From assembly GCA_016932815.1 (NCBI GenBank), contig JAFGCC010000014.1, forward strand, positions 80,129-144,128: a stretch of DNA of 64,000 nt, written 5' to 3'. The notes under the pieces were generated by a model. It saw only the letters and a list, made by a program, of their open reading frames with translations. It had not been told where the DNA came from and ran no database searches. This DNA comes from Candidatus Micrarchaeota archaeon (GTDB taxonomy: Archaea; Micrarchaeota; Micrarchaeia; Anstonellales; Bilamarchaeaceae). Below, piece by piece: positions 1 to 8,759 of the stretch. Made by a program: the position numbers and the translations under genes. Numbering within the stretch: the first letter of the stretch is position 1; every line of letters starts with the position of its first letter.

Positions 1-2
1 AG

Positions 3-752
3 GACGACAGGCTCATGACGATATTGGTTAGCCCGCTTGTTCCGTGTGCTGCGCGCATGGAAGTGTTCGTGTTCCTTGCCGGGGCGTTCTTTGCGCCTTC
101 TGTTGCGGGGCAGGCGGTGTTTTCGCTCATGCTCCTGAGCTTCGTGCTGATTGCGGTAATGGGGATTTTGTTCAGGAAATTCCTTGCTTCCGGGGAGAGG
201 CAGCCCTTTGTGATGGAGCTTCCCCCGTATAATATGCCTACTTTGAAGGGGCTCTTCTTCCACATGTGGGGGAGGGCTAAGATGTTCGTGCAGAAAGCGG
301 GAACGTTCATATTCTTAGTTGCATTAATCATGTGGTTTTTGGCAGGGAATCCTTCCGGGGTTGAATACGGGAGCGCAGAAAGCTACATCGGGATTGCTGG
401 GAGGGCGATTGCGCCCCTTTTTGCTCCCTTGGGCTTTGGGTGGGAAGAAAGCGTTGCGTTGCTTTTTGGGTTCCTTGCAAAGGAGGTCGTGATTTCCGCA
501 TTCGGGATTCTTTATGGGGCCGTGGATGAGGGCTTGCTCACGGATACGCTAGCAGTTGTCTGGACTCCGCTCCAGGCATACGTATTTATGGTGTTCACCC
601 TCGTATATATGCCCTGCTTTGCGACTGTTGCGGTTATCAGGCAGGAAACGGGCTCTTGGAAATGGGCGGCTTTTAGCGCAGCATATTCATGCGTTCTTGC
701 ATGGGTTGTTTCGCTCGCCGTGCTTACTGCGGGAACATTGCTGGGATATTGA
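3..752 (+). CDS. feoB: Ferrous iron transporter FeoB, C-terminal part (5'-truncated by window edge)
   Basis: DRLMTILVSPLVPCAAR, FVMELPPY, GFLAKEVV and YMPCFAT motifs of the FeoB membrane domain; frame is open from window start. Confidence 0.95.
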   Translation, partial: DDRLMTILVSPLVPCAARMEVFVFLAGAFFAPSVAGQAVFSLMLLSFVLIAVMGILFRKFLASGERQPFVMELPPYNMPTLKGLFFHMWGRAKMFVQKAGTFIFLVALIMWFLAGNPSGVEYGSAESYIGIAGRAIAPLFAPLGFGWEESVALLFGFLAKEVVISAFGILYGAVDEGLLTDTLAVVWTPLQAYVFMVFTLVYMPCFATVAVIRQETGSWKWAAFSAAYSCVLAWVVSLAVLTAGTLLGY

Positions 753-775
753 AGTTTCTAATAGGTGGATTGAAA

Positions 776-1042
776 ATGTTGAAGAAAATATTGAAGGGAA
801 TCGAAAGCGGGTGCTCTAGCCCCGAGGAATTGGCGAAATACGCGGGAGTGGAAGTGGATTCTTTGCCAGGCTACATTGATACGCTTGTGGTGCAGGGATA
901 CCTTGCGCCAGCAGGGTGCTCCGGAGGATGTTCTTCGTGCGGGGGATGCCCATCTGCAAAAGAGGAAGCGGACTCCGGGGTTCTTTATATGACCGAGAAG
1001 GGGAAGAAGCTCGTATCTTCGGATGAAGGGAAAGATGAGTAA
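776..1042 (+). CDS. FeoC-like winged-helix protein with Cys cluster
   Basis: ATG at 776 after AGGTGG; HTH-like SPEELAKYAGV...LVVQGYL followed by CSGGCSSCGGC; directly downstream of feoB. Confidence 0.8.
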   Translation: MLKKILKGIESGCSSPEELAKYAGVEVDSLPGYIDTLVVQGYLAPAGCSGGCSSCGGCPSAKEEADSGVLYMTEKGKKLVSSDEGKDE

Positions 1043-1091
1043 GGGCATTATCCGCAAGGAATAAAATGCGGCTCTTTGATACCTGGTTCGT

Positions 1092-1658
1092 ATGGAGCAT
1101 GAGGAGGGCCCTTATTCCGGGCTCGTGAAGGCGCCTGGCGGGACCCTGCTGCCCACAAGGGAACTGCTAATTTCGGTGCACGAGGAGGTCATTGCGGATT
1201 CCATAAAGACCACTAATATCGGGCACCATGGGATACGCGACGACTCCATACTAGATTACCTGTGCTACAAGCTTGAAGGGCATCCGTACAAGAAAGATGC
1301 GGTATCCAACGCATATTATGTGGGGACCGAAGTGTTCTTCAACATCGCGTGCAGGCACCCGTTTATAGACGGGAACAAGCGCACCGCGTATGCATCTTCT
1401 ACCCTGCTTGTTTTTGCGAACCTCTCTGAGGCGCTTGGGGAGGGGGAGCTGGAGCTCTCAGAAGAGGCGGATACTGGGCAGGTAATTGAGAAAATTGCGC
1501 GCTGGGGGGAGGGCTCGGATAGTTCGTCTTTATTGGAGCTTGTGCGGGAAGCGGGGCTGCTTGGGAAGGGGCGCACGGACATAAACGAGGAGGACGTAAA
1601 AAGGTTTATTAATAAATTCCTGCGCGAAACAATACGCGTGCACGAGGAGGATGCTTAG
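1092..1658 (+). CDS. Fic/Doc family toxin (Doc-type)
   Basis: HPFIDGNKRTA motif (Lys variant typical of Doc), upstream H...GIRD motif. Confidence 0.9.
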   Translation: MEHEEGPYSGLVKAPGGTLLPTRELLISVHEEVIADSIKTTNIGHHGIRDDSILDYLCYKLEGHPYKKDAVSNAYYVGTEVFFNIACRHPFIDGNKRTAYASSTLLVFANLSEALGEGELELSEEADTGQVIEKIARWGEGSDSSSLLELVREAGLLGKGRTDINEEDVKRFINKFLRETIRVHEEDA

Positions 1659-1793
1659 ATGGACGGAACGAAAAAGCCGGGAAGGAAAGTGGTGAAGATT
1701 ACCATCACCCGCACTCGCAAGGCTCCCGTTAAGATGCTCCGCATAATCTTAAAGTCCAATAAGAGGACTTTCAAATATTTGTCCAATCGCTAG
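1659..1793 (+). CDS. 44-aa basic small ORF, candidate antitoxin partner of Doc
   Basis: ATG directly abuts the Doc stop (TAG-ATG), preceded by GAGGAGG; MDGTKKPGRKVVKITITRTRKAPVKMLRIILKSNKRTFKYLSNR; below the ORF track length cut-off. Confidence 0.5.
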   Translation: MDGTKKPGRKVVKITITRTRKAPVKMLRIILKSNKRTFKYLSNR

Positions 1794-1817
1794 TCACGCT
1801 CTGAAGAAACGGCAAGA

Positions 1818-2222
1818 TCAGGTTTTTAGAGAGAGTATTCTGGGACGTCCAGTTTTACCCCTAAAAAGAGTTACTTTGAATAATACAGAACTCCTACTAC
1901 GACGAGAGCTGAGATCTCTGTACATCACTAATACGTATGCACTCTGTGTTTGCGGCCTCAACTCAACCTGATTGAACATATTTGTTGATTCGCCTTTTGA
2001 GTAGTGCCTTAAGATTTTTTTATATACCTCGCCACGCTTTACTTTGTAATAAATATCATAATCAGACATTCCAGAATCAGAAGCATATGCCCCTTCCCTA
2101 AACCTTACTGCATTGCATTTGAGTGCTCTATGCCTTCTCTTACGTTTATTCCGTTTTTTCTTTTTGGCAGGTGCAGCAAAGAAACGGGCAAGAGTCCTTA
2201 GTATATCCATCAAATACCCCAT
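1818..2222 (-). CDS. Hypothetical basic protein in an AT-rich patch
   Basis: Open frame MGYLMDILR... with Lys/Arg-rich KKKKRNKRKRRHR; visibly lower GC than the flanks; start 2222 preferred over 2276. Confidence 0.6.
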   Translation of the reverse strand: MGYLMDILRTLARFFAAPAKKKKRNKRKRRHRALKCNAVRFREGAYASDSGMSDYDIYYKVKRGEVYKKILRHYSKGESTNMFNQVELRPQTQSAYVLVMYRDLSSRRSRSSVLFKVTLFRGKTGRPRILSLKT

Positions 2223-2259
2223 TACTTCTCCACCCCGCGGGGGAGGGTCAGGAGGTCTA

Positions 2260-2370
2260 GGAACCTTCGGTTCCAACTCGCCTCAAAGAGGCGAACCCTC
2301 AAACTGTCGTGAGTTCTGCTCACTAGAAGAAACCGGAGGTTTCTCAGAGGGAGGGGGTGGAACCCCCTCC
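2260..2370. repeat. Cluster of five perfect short inverted repeats
   Basis: GGAACC-ttc-GGTTCC (2260-2274), TCGCCTC-aaa-GAGGCGA (2278-2294), GTGAG-ttctg-CTCAC (2309-2323), AGAAACC-gga-GGTTTCT (2328-2344), GGAGGGGG-tggaa-CCCCCTCC (2350-2370). Confidence 0.85.
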
Positions 2371-2380
2371 GCGGTTCGGA

Positions 2381-2464
2381 CGCCGAGAAGGAGATTTGAA
2401 CTCCTAAGCCCCGAGGGGCACCAGATCTCAAGTCTGGCGCGATACCGGATTCCGCCATCTCGGC
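2381..2464 (-). tRNA. tRNA-Ser (anticodon TGA)
   Basis: Minus strand GCCGAGA acceptor stem, anticodon arm CCAGA-CTTGAGA-TCTGG, long variable arm GCCCC-TC-GGGGC, T-arm AGGAG-TTCAAAT-CTCCT, G discriminator, CCA not encoded. Confidence 0.95.
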
Positions 2465-2501
2465 ATGAGGGGAAAGTTAAAGGGGAAAAGGGAATAAAAA
2501 G

Positions 2502-2726
2502 CTATTTGAGCCCAAGCTCTCTTTTGATGGATTCAAAAGTATGGGCCCTGCCCTCTGCAATGTCCTTTTCCCCTCTTGCTATTGATTGTTTGAGTTCTTC
2601 CGAAAGTTCCGAAACGTCTTCTAGCAAATCCTCGATAACTTCTTCGTAAGTTTGCCCATCGTACGTTTTCCGTTTCCTTAACTCCACAAGCAGTTCTTCG
2701 GAAAGCTGGATAGACGTATTCGCCAT
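2502..2726 (-). CDS. RHH/RelB-like antitoxin-type protein (no adjacent toxin)
   Basis: N-terminal TSIQLSEE...TYEEVIEDLL ribbon-helix-helix pattern and C-terminal DIAEGRAHTFESIKRELGL typical of archaeal antitoxins. Confidence 0.7.
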   Translation of the reverse strand: MANTSIQLSEELLVELRKRKTYDGQTYEEVIEDLLEDVSELSEELKQSIARGEKDIAEGRAHTFESIKRELGLK

Positions 2727-2766
2727 GATATATCACACGCAGGAAAGGACATTAGCTAATTCCCTG

Positions 2767-3765
2767 CTAGAGGAGTTCGTCGCGCCTATCGACTATGTGC
2801 GCGGAATCCGGCCCGGTCCCAATTAGGGTAACCGGGACTTCGAGCCTCGCTTCCACCTGGTCTAGGAACCTCCGTGCCTCGGTTGTGAGGTCCGAATACT
2901 TCTTCTTGCCCTCGTTTCCGGGGAAGCGGATGTCCATCTTGGTTACCGCAATCTGGGTTGCGCCATTAACTTCGGCTGCGAATTTCAGGTCTTCCCAGTG
3001 GAGTTCGGGCGAAGTCCTCCTTGGGCGCCCGGTAACCGTCCCGTATTCCTGGAAATTGAGCTTGACTGCCTCTTCCACCCCGATTTCGCCTGGGAAAGGG
3101 CCGTTTCCCACCCTTGTGGTGTAGGATTTTATAGTCATTATTACATGGTCTATTGAAGTTGGGCCAAGCCCTACATCCGCTGCTAAGGAGGAAGCGGAAA
3201 CGTCCTTGGAAGTTACAAATGGGTAAGTTCCATAAAGAACGGAAAGCATGAAGCCCTGGGAGCCTTCAACGAATACGCTTTTTGCCTTGTGCACTTCCCT
3301 TGCAACATCTATTATGTATTTTTGCATTTTGGGCGAATCCCCTATGAAAGTTGCATCCCTTCTTGCCCTTGAAGTAACTGCTGGGCCGCACCCTGTTTTT
3401 GTTGTGCCGATTTTTCCGCTTAATGAGGATTTTGCATCATCTTCTTTGTGCTTGGCGGTGATTTCGGTGCACCTTCTGTCCACGAAAACCCTTCCTTCTG
3501 TTCCGGTCATTTCCACCTCTTTTAGGAACACTTCAGGGTCCACGGACACGCCTGCGCCAATCATTACTTTTGAAGAGGCATTTACAAAACCTGAGGGGAG
3601 CATCCTGAGCGAATACCAGTTGCCGTTGTAGAGCACCTTGTGCCCGGCATTCGGGCCCACTCCGCCCCTTGCCACAATCTCCGGTGTGTCTGTTAATGCG
3701 ATGTGGGAAGAAATTTTCCCTTTTCCTTCGTCTCCGTATTGCCCGCCTACTAGAATAGTCCTCAT
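2767..3765 (-). CDS. purA: Adenylosuccinate synthetase (short archaeal type)
   Basis: GGQYGDEGKGK, GPNAGH, EGSQG, YPFVTS, EYGTVTGRPRR motifs. Confidence 0.97.
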   Translation of the reverse strand: MRTILVGGQYGDEGKGKISSHIALTDTPEIVARGGVGPNAGHKVLYNGNWYSLRMLPSGFVNASSKVMIGAGVSVDPEVFLKEVEMTGTEGRVFVDRRCTEITAKHKEDDAKSSLSGKIGTTKTGCGPAVTSRARRDATFIGDSPKMQKYIIDVAREVHKAKSVFVEGSQGFMLSVLYGTYPFVTSKDVSASSLAADVGLGPTSIDHVIMTIKSYTTRVGNGPFPGEIGVEEAVKLNFQEYGTVTGRPRRTSPELHWEDLKFAAEVNGATQIAVTKMDIRFPGNEGKKKYSDLTTEARRFLDQVEARLEVPVTLIGTGPDSAHIVDRRDELL

Positions 3766-3859
3766 TGTTCCACCCGATGCATGTTTAATCTTAAATTAAA
3801 AGTAATATTAATTAAAGGTTAGCTTGTTTCCGTGTGCGGGGATTTTCTGCTCAAATGGT

Positions 3860-3946
3860 GGCTTGCGCCCAAGCGCAGGGATATTCTAATTAAGAGGTGG
3901 GCTTGCGCCCAAGTGCGGATACCTGCCGCTTAAAGGGGGCTTGCGC
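3860..3946. repeat. Three copies of GGCTTGCGC(CCAAG) at about 40-bp spacing
   Basis: GGCTTGCGCCCAAG at 3860 and 3900, GGCTTGCGC at 3938; first copy is palindromic GCTTG-cgcc-CAAGC. Confidence 0.7.
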
Positions 3947-5746
3947 TTATTTGGCGGCTTCTTCGCGTTTTTTATTGGATGCCCAGTCCGCGCCCAGTTC
4001 CACCCTCCATGCGGGCTTTCCCCCGGATACGTAGTCCACTGTGCGCACTGTGTATACGTTTAGGTTGAGCTGCGGGTAGCTCCTTAGGAGTGTTCCGAGT
4101 GCTATTGCATCGCGCTCGGCTTCTTTTCCCGTGCCCAGTTCAATTGTAGCTGCGGCTTCGCATTCCGGGTCCAGGTTGTTTCTGAGATAAGTGTAGATGC
4201 CGCCCACCTGCTTATCATCCAGGGCGAGGCGGCGCAACTTTGTTAGCAGGCCCACTTCGGATGGAGAACTCTCTAAGAGGGAATCGTGGTTTTTTGCCCA
4301 TATCCCCGTTGTTGCTTCTTCAAGCATTTCTTGTTTCTCCTTGTTTTTGCCTGCATAAGCGTGCATCCTGGCAAACCAGCGCGAGTATCCTGCAACATCC
4401 GCTTCAAGGGCGCGGATTTCCAGGGAGAGCTTCCTTTGCTCCTGCCTTGTCCTGCGCTTGGGGGCCTGGAGCTCTTGGAGCTTTTTTTGGAGCAGGGCGT
4501 ATTTTTTTAGGAACTCCCTGCTAAAAGCACGGTCGGAATAGAGCTTGAAGAATGAATCAAATTTCTTTTGCCGAACATTCTCGTTTGCGAATTCCACTTC
4601 CCCTAAGAGCCTCCTTAGTTCTGCGAACTTTCCCCCGGATTTTGAAGTGTGGACTGATGCGCGGTACCAGGCGTCTTCGGAGTAATCGGCGGCTTTGGTT
4701 CCCACCTTGCAGATGGCTTTTGAGGGGATTGCTTCCAGGGCAGATTCCACGCCATCCTCCCTGAAGTTCATGGTTTCTTTTCCGGGGGTGGATTCTTCCG
4801 CATTTATGGGCTTTATTATCAGCGTGCTTGTGGCACCGTCCCATCCCCAGTAGTCGGTAACGTATCCTTCTTCCCTAAGCGCGTCGTTCAGCTTCTCCAG
4901 TGCTTTGTGGTGCCTTTTAGGCTCTTCGGAGAACGCATCCAGTTTCCAATCCCTCCCATCCTCCAAGCCAGACAGCAAATCCTCGCGAATGTCCTTGTAG
5001 TCAGACGGTTTCGCGCCTATTGCATGAATATATTCGTCCAAGGCTTTGGAAACCCTGGCTTTCCACCCCTTTTGCCTGGGCGCCTCGGCACTGCCTTTAG
5101 CAGGAGATGGAACGGTTTCCCCGGAGATTTTTTGCTCTTTTTCAGATGGGGATTCCGCGGGCTCTCTTGCATCAATTACGAGTATGCTATGCGAGCCCCC
5201 TTTGGAAGAAATGCCCGGAAAATAGTGGGTTCGGTACCCTTCTTCATTAAGCACTTTGTTTAGCTCCTTCATTTTTGCATGGTCGTCTTCTGTGCCCTGC
5301 TCGGTTATCCTGAGCAGGCGGTCTTTTGCCGGGCCGGACAATACATCATTCATAAAGGGATTCCTAAAAGATGCGGGCGCATCCATCAACCAGAAAAATT
5401 CATCCATGGCCTTGAGAACCCTAACCCTGGATGGGCCCCTTTCACCTGAGGAGATATACATCCGGGTTTCCCCGCTCAGTTTTGAGTCCATGAACTCAAT
5501 GCCATATCCGGCGTTCTTGAGCAGTTTTCCGAGCTTTTTTAGCCGGACATGCAACTTCATGGGGGCGGAAGCGGGCACACTTATCCACCAGGGCCTTTTG
5601 TCCCTGAATCCGGAATTTAGGGCATTGCGGAACTCCTGCGTTGGGCTTTGGCTTCCGGGGCATTTGCCAATGTCGTCTATGAGCATGCTCAACTCATTGA
5701 GGAGGGGGTCTTTTGGTTTTGGTTTCGGCTTCTGCTTCTGGGCCAT
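3947..5746 (-). CDS. Hypothetical modular protein, paralog A (three N-terminal ~85-aa modules plus conserved C-terminal domain)
   Basis: Long ORF; module pattern LDE...SG...LxxLxxxLxxEGY repeated 3x; C-terminal ~265 aa highly similar to 5879..7348. Confidence 0.85.
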   Translation of the reverse strand: MAQKQKPKPKPKDPLLNELSMLIDDIGKCPGSQSPTQEFRNALNSGFRDKRPWWISVPASAPMKLHVRLKKLGKLLKNAGYGIEFMDSKLSGETRMYISSGERGPSRVRVLKAMDEFFWLMDAPASFRNPFMNDVLSGPAKDRLLRITEQGTEDDHAKMKELNKVLNEEGYRTHYFPGISSKGGSHSILVIDAREPAESPSEKEQKISGETVPSPAKGSAEAPRQKGWKARVSKALDEYIHAIGAKPSDYKDIREDLLSGLEDGRDWKLDAFSEEPKRHHKALEKLNDALREEGYVTDYWGWDGATSTLIIKPINAEESTPGKETMNFREDGVESALEAIPSKAICKVGTKAADYSEDAWYRASVHTSKSGGKFAELRRLLGEVEFANENVRQKKFDSFFKLYSDRAFSREFLKKYALLQKKLQELQAPKRRTRQEQRKLSLEIRALEADVAGYSRWFARMHAYAGKNKEKQEMLEEATTGIWAKNHDSLLESSPSEVGLLTKLRRLALDDKQVGGIYTYLRNNLDPECEAAATIELGTGKEAERDAIALGTLLRSYPQLNLNVYTVRTVDYVSGGKPAWRVELGADWASNKKREEAAK

Positions 5747-5773
5747 CCGGTTGCACCTAAACTAATAATACGC

Positions 5774-5801
5774 AAAAGAAGATATAAATGTTATTGGGTT
5801 G
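5774..5801 (-). promoter_or_regulatory. Promoter block of paralog A, identical to 7378-7405
   Basis: 28-nt exact duplicate AAAAGAAGATATAAATGTTATTGGGTTG containing a minus-strand TTTATATC TATA box. Confidence 0.7.
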
Positions 5802-5878
5802 TGCGTCATTGGAATGTGGGTATTGGGTTGTACGCTGGGAGCTAAACGGTGTTAATTGGGATTGGAAAGCACCCCTGT

Positions 5879-7348
5879 TCATGGGGAATTGGTTTCCTCC
5901 CGTTTTTTGCTGGTTGCCCAGTCTGCGCCCAGTTCCACCCTCCATGCGGGCTTTCCTTCAGATATGTAATCAATGGTGCGCACGGTATATACGTTCAGGT
6001 TGAGCTGCGGGTAGCCCCTTAGGAGCTCTCCGAGGGCCATTGCCTTGCGCTCTGCTTCTTTTCCCGTGCCCAATTCAATTGTAGCTGCGGCTTCGCATTC
6101 CGGGTTGAGGTTGTTTTTGAGGTATGCGTAGATGCTGCGCAACTGCTTGTAATCTAATGAGAGGCGGCGCAGCTTATTGAGCAGGTCCACTTCGGAGGGG
6201 GCAGAGTTCATGAGGGATTCGTGGCTTTTTGCCCAAATGGTTTTTTGGGCTGCTGCAAGCTTTGCCTTCTTCTCCGTGTTCTTGCCTGCGTAGGCGCTCA
6301 TTCTGGCTACCCATCTTGAGTATCCTGCAACGTCTGCTTCTATGGCGCGGATTTCAAGGGAGAGCTTCATTTGCTCCCCCCTTGTCTTGCCCTGCAGCGC
6401 CTCAAATTCTTTGAGCTTTTTTTGGAGGAGCGAGTATTTCTTCAGGAATTCCTTGCTGAAAGCGGCGTCGGAGTAGAGCTTGAACATGGAGTCGAATTTC
6501 TTCTGCCGGACGTTCTCGTTTGCAAATTCCACCTCCCCTACCAACCTGCGGAATTCCGCGAATTTTCCCCCTGTTTTTGAGATGTTGACCGATGCGCGGT
6601 ACCAGGCATCTTCGGAGTAGTCTGCGGCTTTGGTTTCCACTTCGCAGATGGCTTTTGAGGGAACGGAATCGCGGGCAATCCAGTTTCCTCCCAGAATGGA
6701 TTTCATGTCCTCCTCTGAGAATAGTATAGTTAGTGTGCTAATGCCATCCTCACTACGATAATCGACTTTGTATCCCTCTTCTACAAGCGCTTTGTTGAGG
6801 GCTTCTAGGGTTTTATGGGCCTCCCTGGGATCGGACCTTCGTAGCTCTAACTCCCATTGGTTTTTCAAGCCAGAACGCAATTGCTCCCGGAGATTCTCGT
6901 AGTCTGAGGCGTCCCCATCCGTTGCACGTATGAATTCATCCAGGGCTCTGAAAACCGGGGAGTCCGGCTCCAGTCCCCGCTTTTTCTTGGCATCCCCCTG
7001 GGCGGGAGAAGGGACTGTTTCCTTTGAGATTTCCGGTTCGCGTGGGGCATGGACCAGCAGTATAGCTCCCAGGCCTTTCCGGTTTCCCCTAAAAGAAATT
7101 TCGTATCCCTCCCCTTCAAGCAACTTCCCAAGTTTCTCTAGCTTATCATAGAGGTGCTGGGGATACTCGTCTGGAAACTGCAGGTAGGTCCATGGCTTGG
7201 ATTTGAAAGAGCACAGGTTCTGGACATCTTGTTTTATTCCCTCTGGAATCTCTCGCCCCAGCGACTCTTCGATTGCGAGTACCATTTCATCTAGGGCTTT
7301 TTCAACCTTGGATTCCTGTTTGGGCTTCTGCACTTGCTTCTGGGCCAT
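5879..7348 (-). CDS. Hypothetical modular protein, paralog B (two N-terminal modules plus conserved C-terminal domain)
   Basis: Shares PSKAIC...YSEDAWYRASV...YPQLNLNVYTVRT...PAWRVELGADWA with 3947..5746. Confidence 0.85.
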   Translation of the reverse strand: MAQKQVQKPKQESKVEKALDEMVLAIEESLGREIPEGIKQDVQNLCSFKSKPWTYLQFPDEYPQHLYDKLEKLGKLLEGEGYEISFRGNRKGLGAILLVHAPREPEISKETVPSPAQGDAKKKRGLEPDSPVFRALDEFIRATDGDASDYENLREQLRSGLKNQWELELRRSDPREAHKTLEALNKALVEEGYKVDYRSEDGISTLTILFSEEDMKSILGGNWIARDSVPSKAICEVETKAADYSEDAWYRASVNISKTGGKFAEFRRLVGEVEFANENVRQKKFDSMFKLYSDAAFSKEFLKKYSLLQKKLKEFEALQGKTRGEQMKLSLEIRAIEADVAGYSRWVARMSAYAGKNTEKKAKLAAAQKTIWAKSHESLMNSAPSEVDLLNKLRRLSLDYKQLRSIYAYLKNNLNPECEAAATIELGTGKEAERKAMALGELLRGYPQLNLNVYTVRTIDYISEGKPAWRVELGADWATSKKREETNSP

Positions 7349-7377
7349 CTGAATCGCACCTAAACTAAAAGATGCAT

Positions 7378-7405
7378 AAAAGAAGATATAAATGTTATTG
7401 GGTTG
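7378..7405 (-). promoter_or_regulatory. Promoter block of paralog B, identical to 5774-5801
   Basis: Exact 28-nt duplicate with TATA box; GCACCTAAACTAA (minus-strand AGGTG Shine-Dalgarno) also duplicated. Confidence 0.7.
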
Positions 7406-7468
7406 CGCAGGCAGGGATTAAGGAACAGGAGATGTAGCGGTTTGGGAAACTGCCGAACGATGTGGAGG

Positions 7469-8425
7469 TTATTGGGAAGAGTCCAGCTTCCGCACGAACA
7501 CTTCAATGCATTTTTCGAGGGTGGCTTCGGGGCGCTCTTTTGAGGAACAGCCTGCTGCTTTCGGGTGCCCGCCGCCTCCGCCTCCAAGCTCAGTTGCCGC
7601 TCCCCTCATTACTTCATTTAGGGGAACGGGGACGTGCTTGCGGGCACGGGAGGAAACGCGGGTTTCCTTTTCCTCCATATTCCAGTGCGCGGCGAAAACC
7701 ACGTCGGAGAATTCTGAGAGGGAGGAGGAAATAAGCGATTCGTGCGCGGGAACTATGACCGTTGCTATTGAGTAGCCGCCATGCGCGCTAATGTGCATTT
7801 TCTTGAACATCTCCAAAACGAAGAGTTTTTCGTCTAGTTCGAGTTCCGGCTCCGCGGATTCCAGGAGTTCCGCATAAGGCTTGCCGCATTTTTCTAGGAG
7901 GGATGCGAGCGTTGAAAACGTTGAAGCGCGCGAGGACTTGAAGCGCGCGGTATCCGAGATTATTGCAACGGCGAGCACGTGGGAGATTTCGGGGGAAACC
8001 GAAGGGAGGAGCTCTGCTAACATTTCAGCAGTAGAAGGCGCATCCTCATCGCGCAGGAGAAGCGGCGTGGTGATGCCGTTGCCTTCGCCTTGGGGATGGT
8101 GGTGGTCTATTACCAGCTTAACCTTCCATTTTTTGGCTTCGGGAAGCAAAACCGTGGTTGAGCAGTCAACTACCAGCATCCCATCGTAATCGGAAGGATT
8201 CAGCTTCCCAAGCTCGGAGAATTCCATGCCAAGTTTTTCCGCAAAGGCTTTTGCCGGGGAATCCATCTTGTCCGGATAGGCGAGGGTGGAATTGGGGAAT
8301 GCGCTCTTTAGTGCGTAGCAGCAGCAGAGCGCATCCAAATCCAGGTTCTTGTGGCTGGTAATTACGAAGCGCGAATCCCTGTTCCCTTCTAGAAACGAGA
8401 GAAAACGCTCCTTAAGCTGCATCAT
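7469..8425 (-). CDS. DHH/DHHA1 family phosphoesterase
   Basis: HKNLDLDA, VVDC, IDHH, SDT and GGGGHPKAAG motifs. Confidence 0.92.
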   Translation of the reverse strand: MMQLKERFLSFLEGNRDSRFVITSHKNLDLDALCCCYALKSAFPNSTLAYPDKMDSPAKAFAEKLGMEFSELGKLNPSDYDGMLVVDCSTTVLLPEAKKWKVKLVIDHHHPQGEGNGITTPLLLRDEDAPSTAEMLAELLPSVSPEISHVLAVAIISDTARFKSSRASTFSTLASLLEKCGKPYAELLESAEPELELDEKLFVLEMFKKMHISAHGGYSIATVIVPAHESLISSSLSEFSDVVFAAHWNMEEKETRVSSRARKHVPVPLNEVMRGAATELGGGGGGHPKAAGCSSKERPEATLEKCIEVFVRKLDSSQ

Positions 8426-8759
8426 CGGAAGAACCCATCTCTTCCTGGAGCTTCTTCTGGAGCCGGGTTAGTTCGGCACGGAGCTTCTCGTCCTGCCCAT
8501 CTAGCGTCTTCATGCGGCTCTCCATAAGCTCTTTCTTTTCTGCGAGGTCCTTTTTGGCCTCTTCGGCGGTGGTTTTTATCATCACGTTCCCGATGCTTTT
8601 GTATACTTCGCCGGATGATTTTGCGAGCTCGTCCTGCGCCAGCTTGATTTCCCCTAGCTGTATCTGGATTTGCTGCCTCTGCATCATTACCGCCTGGAGC
8701 TGCCTCTCAAAATTCTGCAGCCTTGCAATGTCCCTTTCCAATTCTTCGTTTTCGCTCAT
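8412..8759 (-). CDS. pfdB: Prefoldin beta subunit
   Basis: Coiled coil - VYKSIGNVMIK hairpin - coiled coil; position in exosome superoperon. Confidence 0.92.
   Translation of the reverse strand: MSENEELERDIARLQNFERQLQAVMMQRQQIQIQLGEIKLAQDELAKSSGEVYKSIGNVMIKTTAEEAKKDLAEKKELMESRMKTLDGQDEKLRAELTRLQKKLQEEMGSSDDAA

Noticed and set aside
1043-2464. Integrated element at tRNA-Ser with att duplication
   Set aside because: I found no second copy of the tRNA 3' end and no integrase by eye
2113-2649. ORFs 2113..2649 (+) and 2222..2458 (-)
   Set aside because: They overlap the tRNA gene and hairpin cluster and have no protein-like features
3860-3946. Possible CRISPR mini-array
   Set aside because: Repeat only 14 nt, 2.5 copies, spacers resemble each other, and no cas genes in the window
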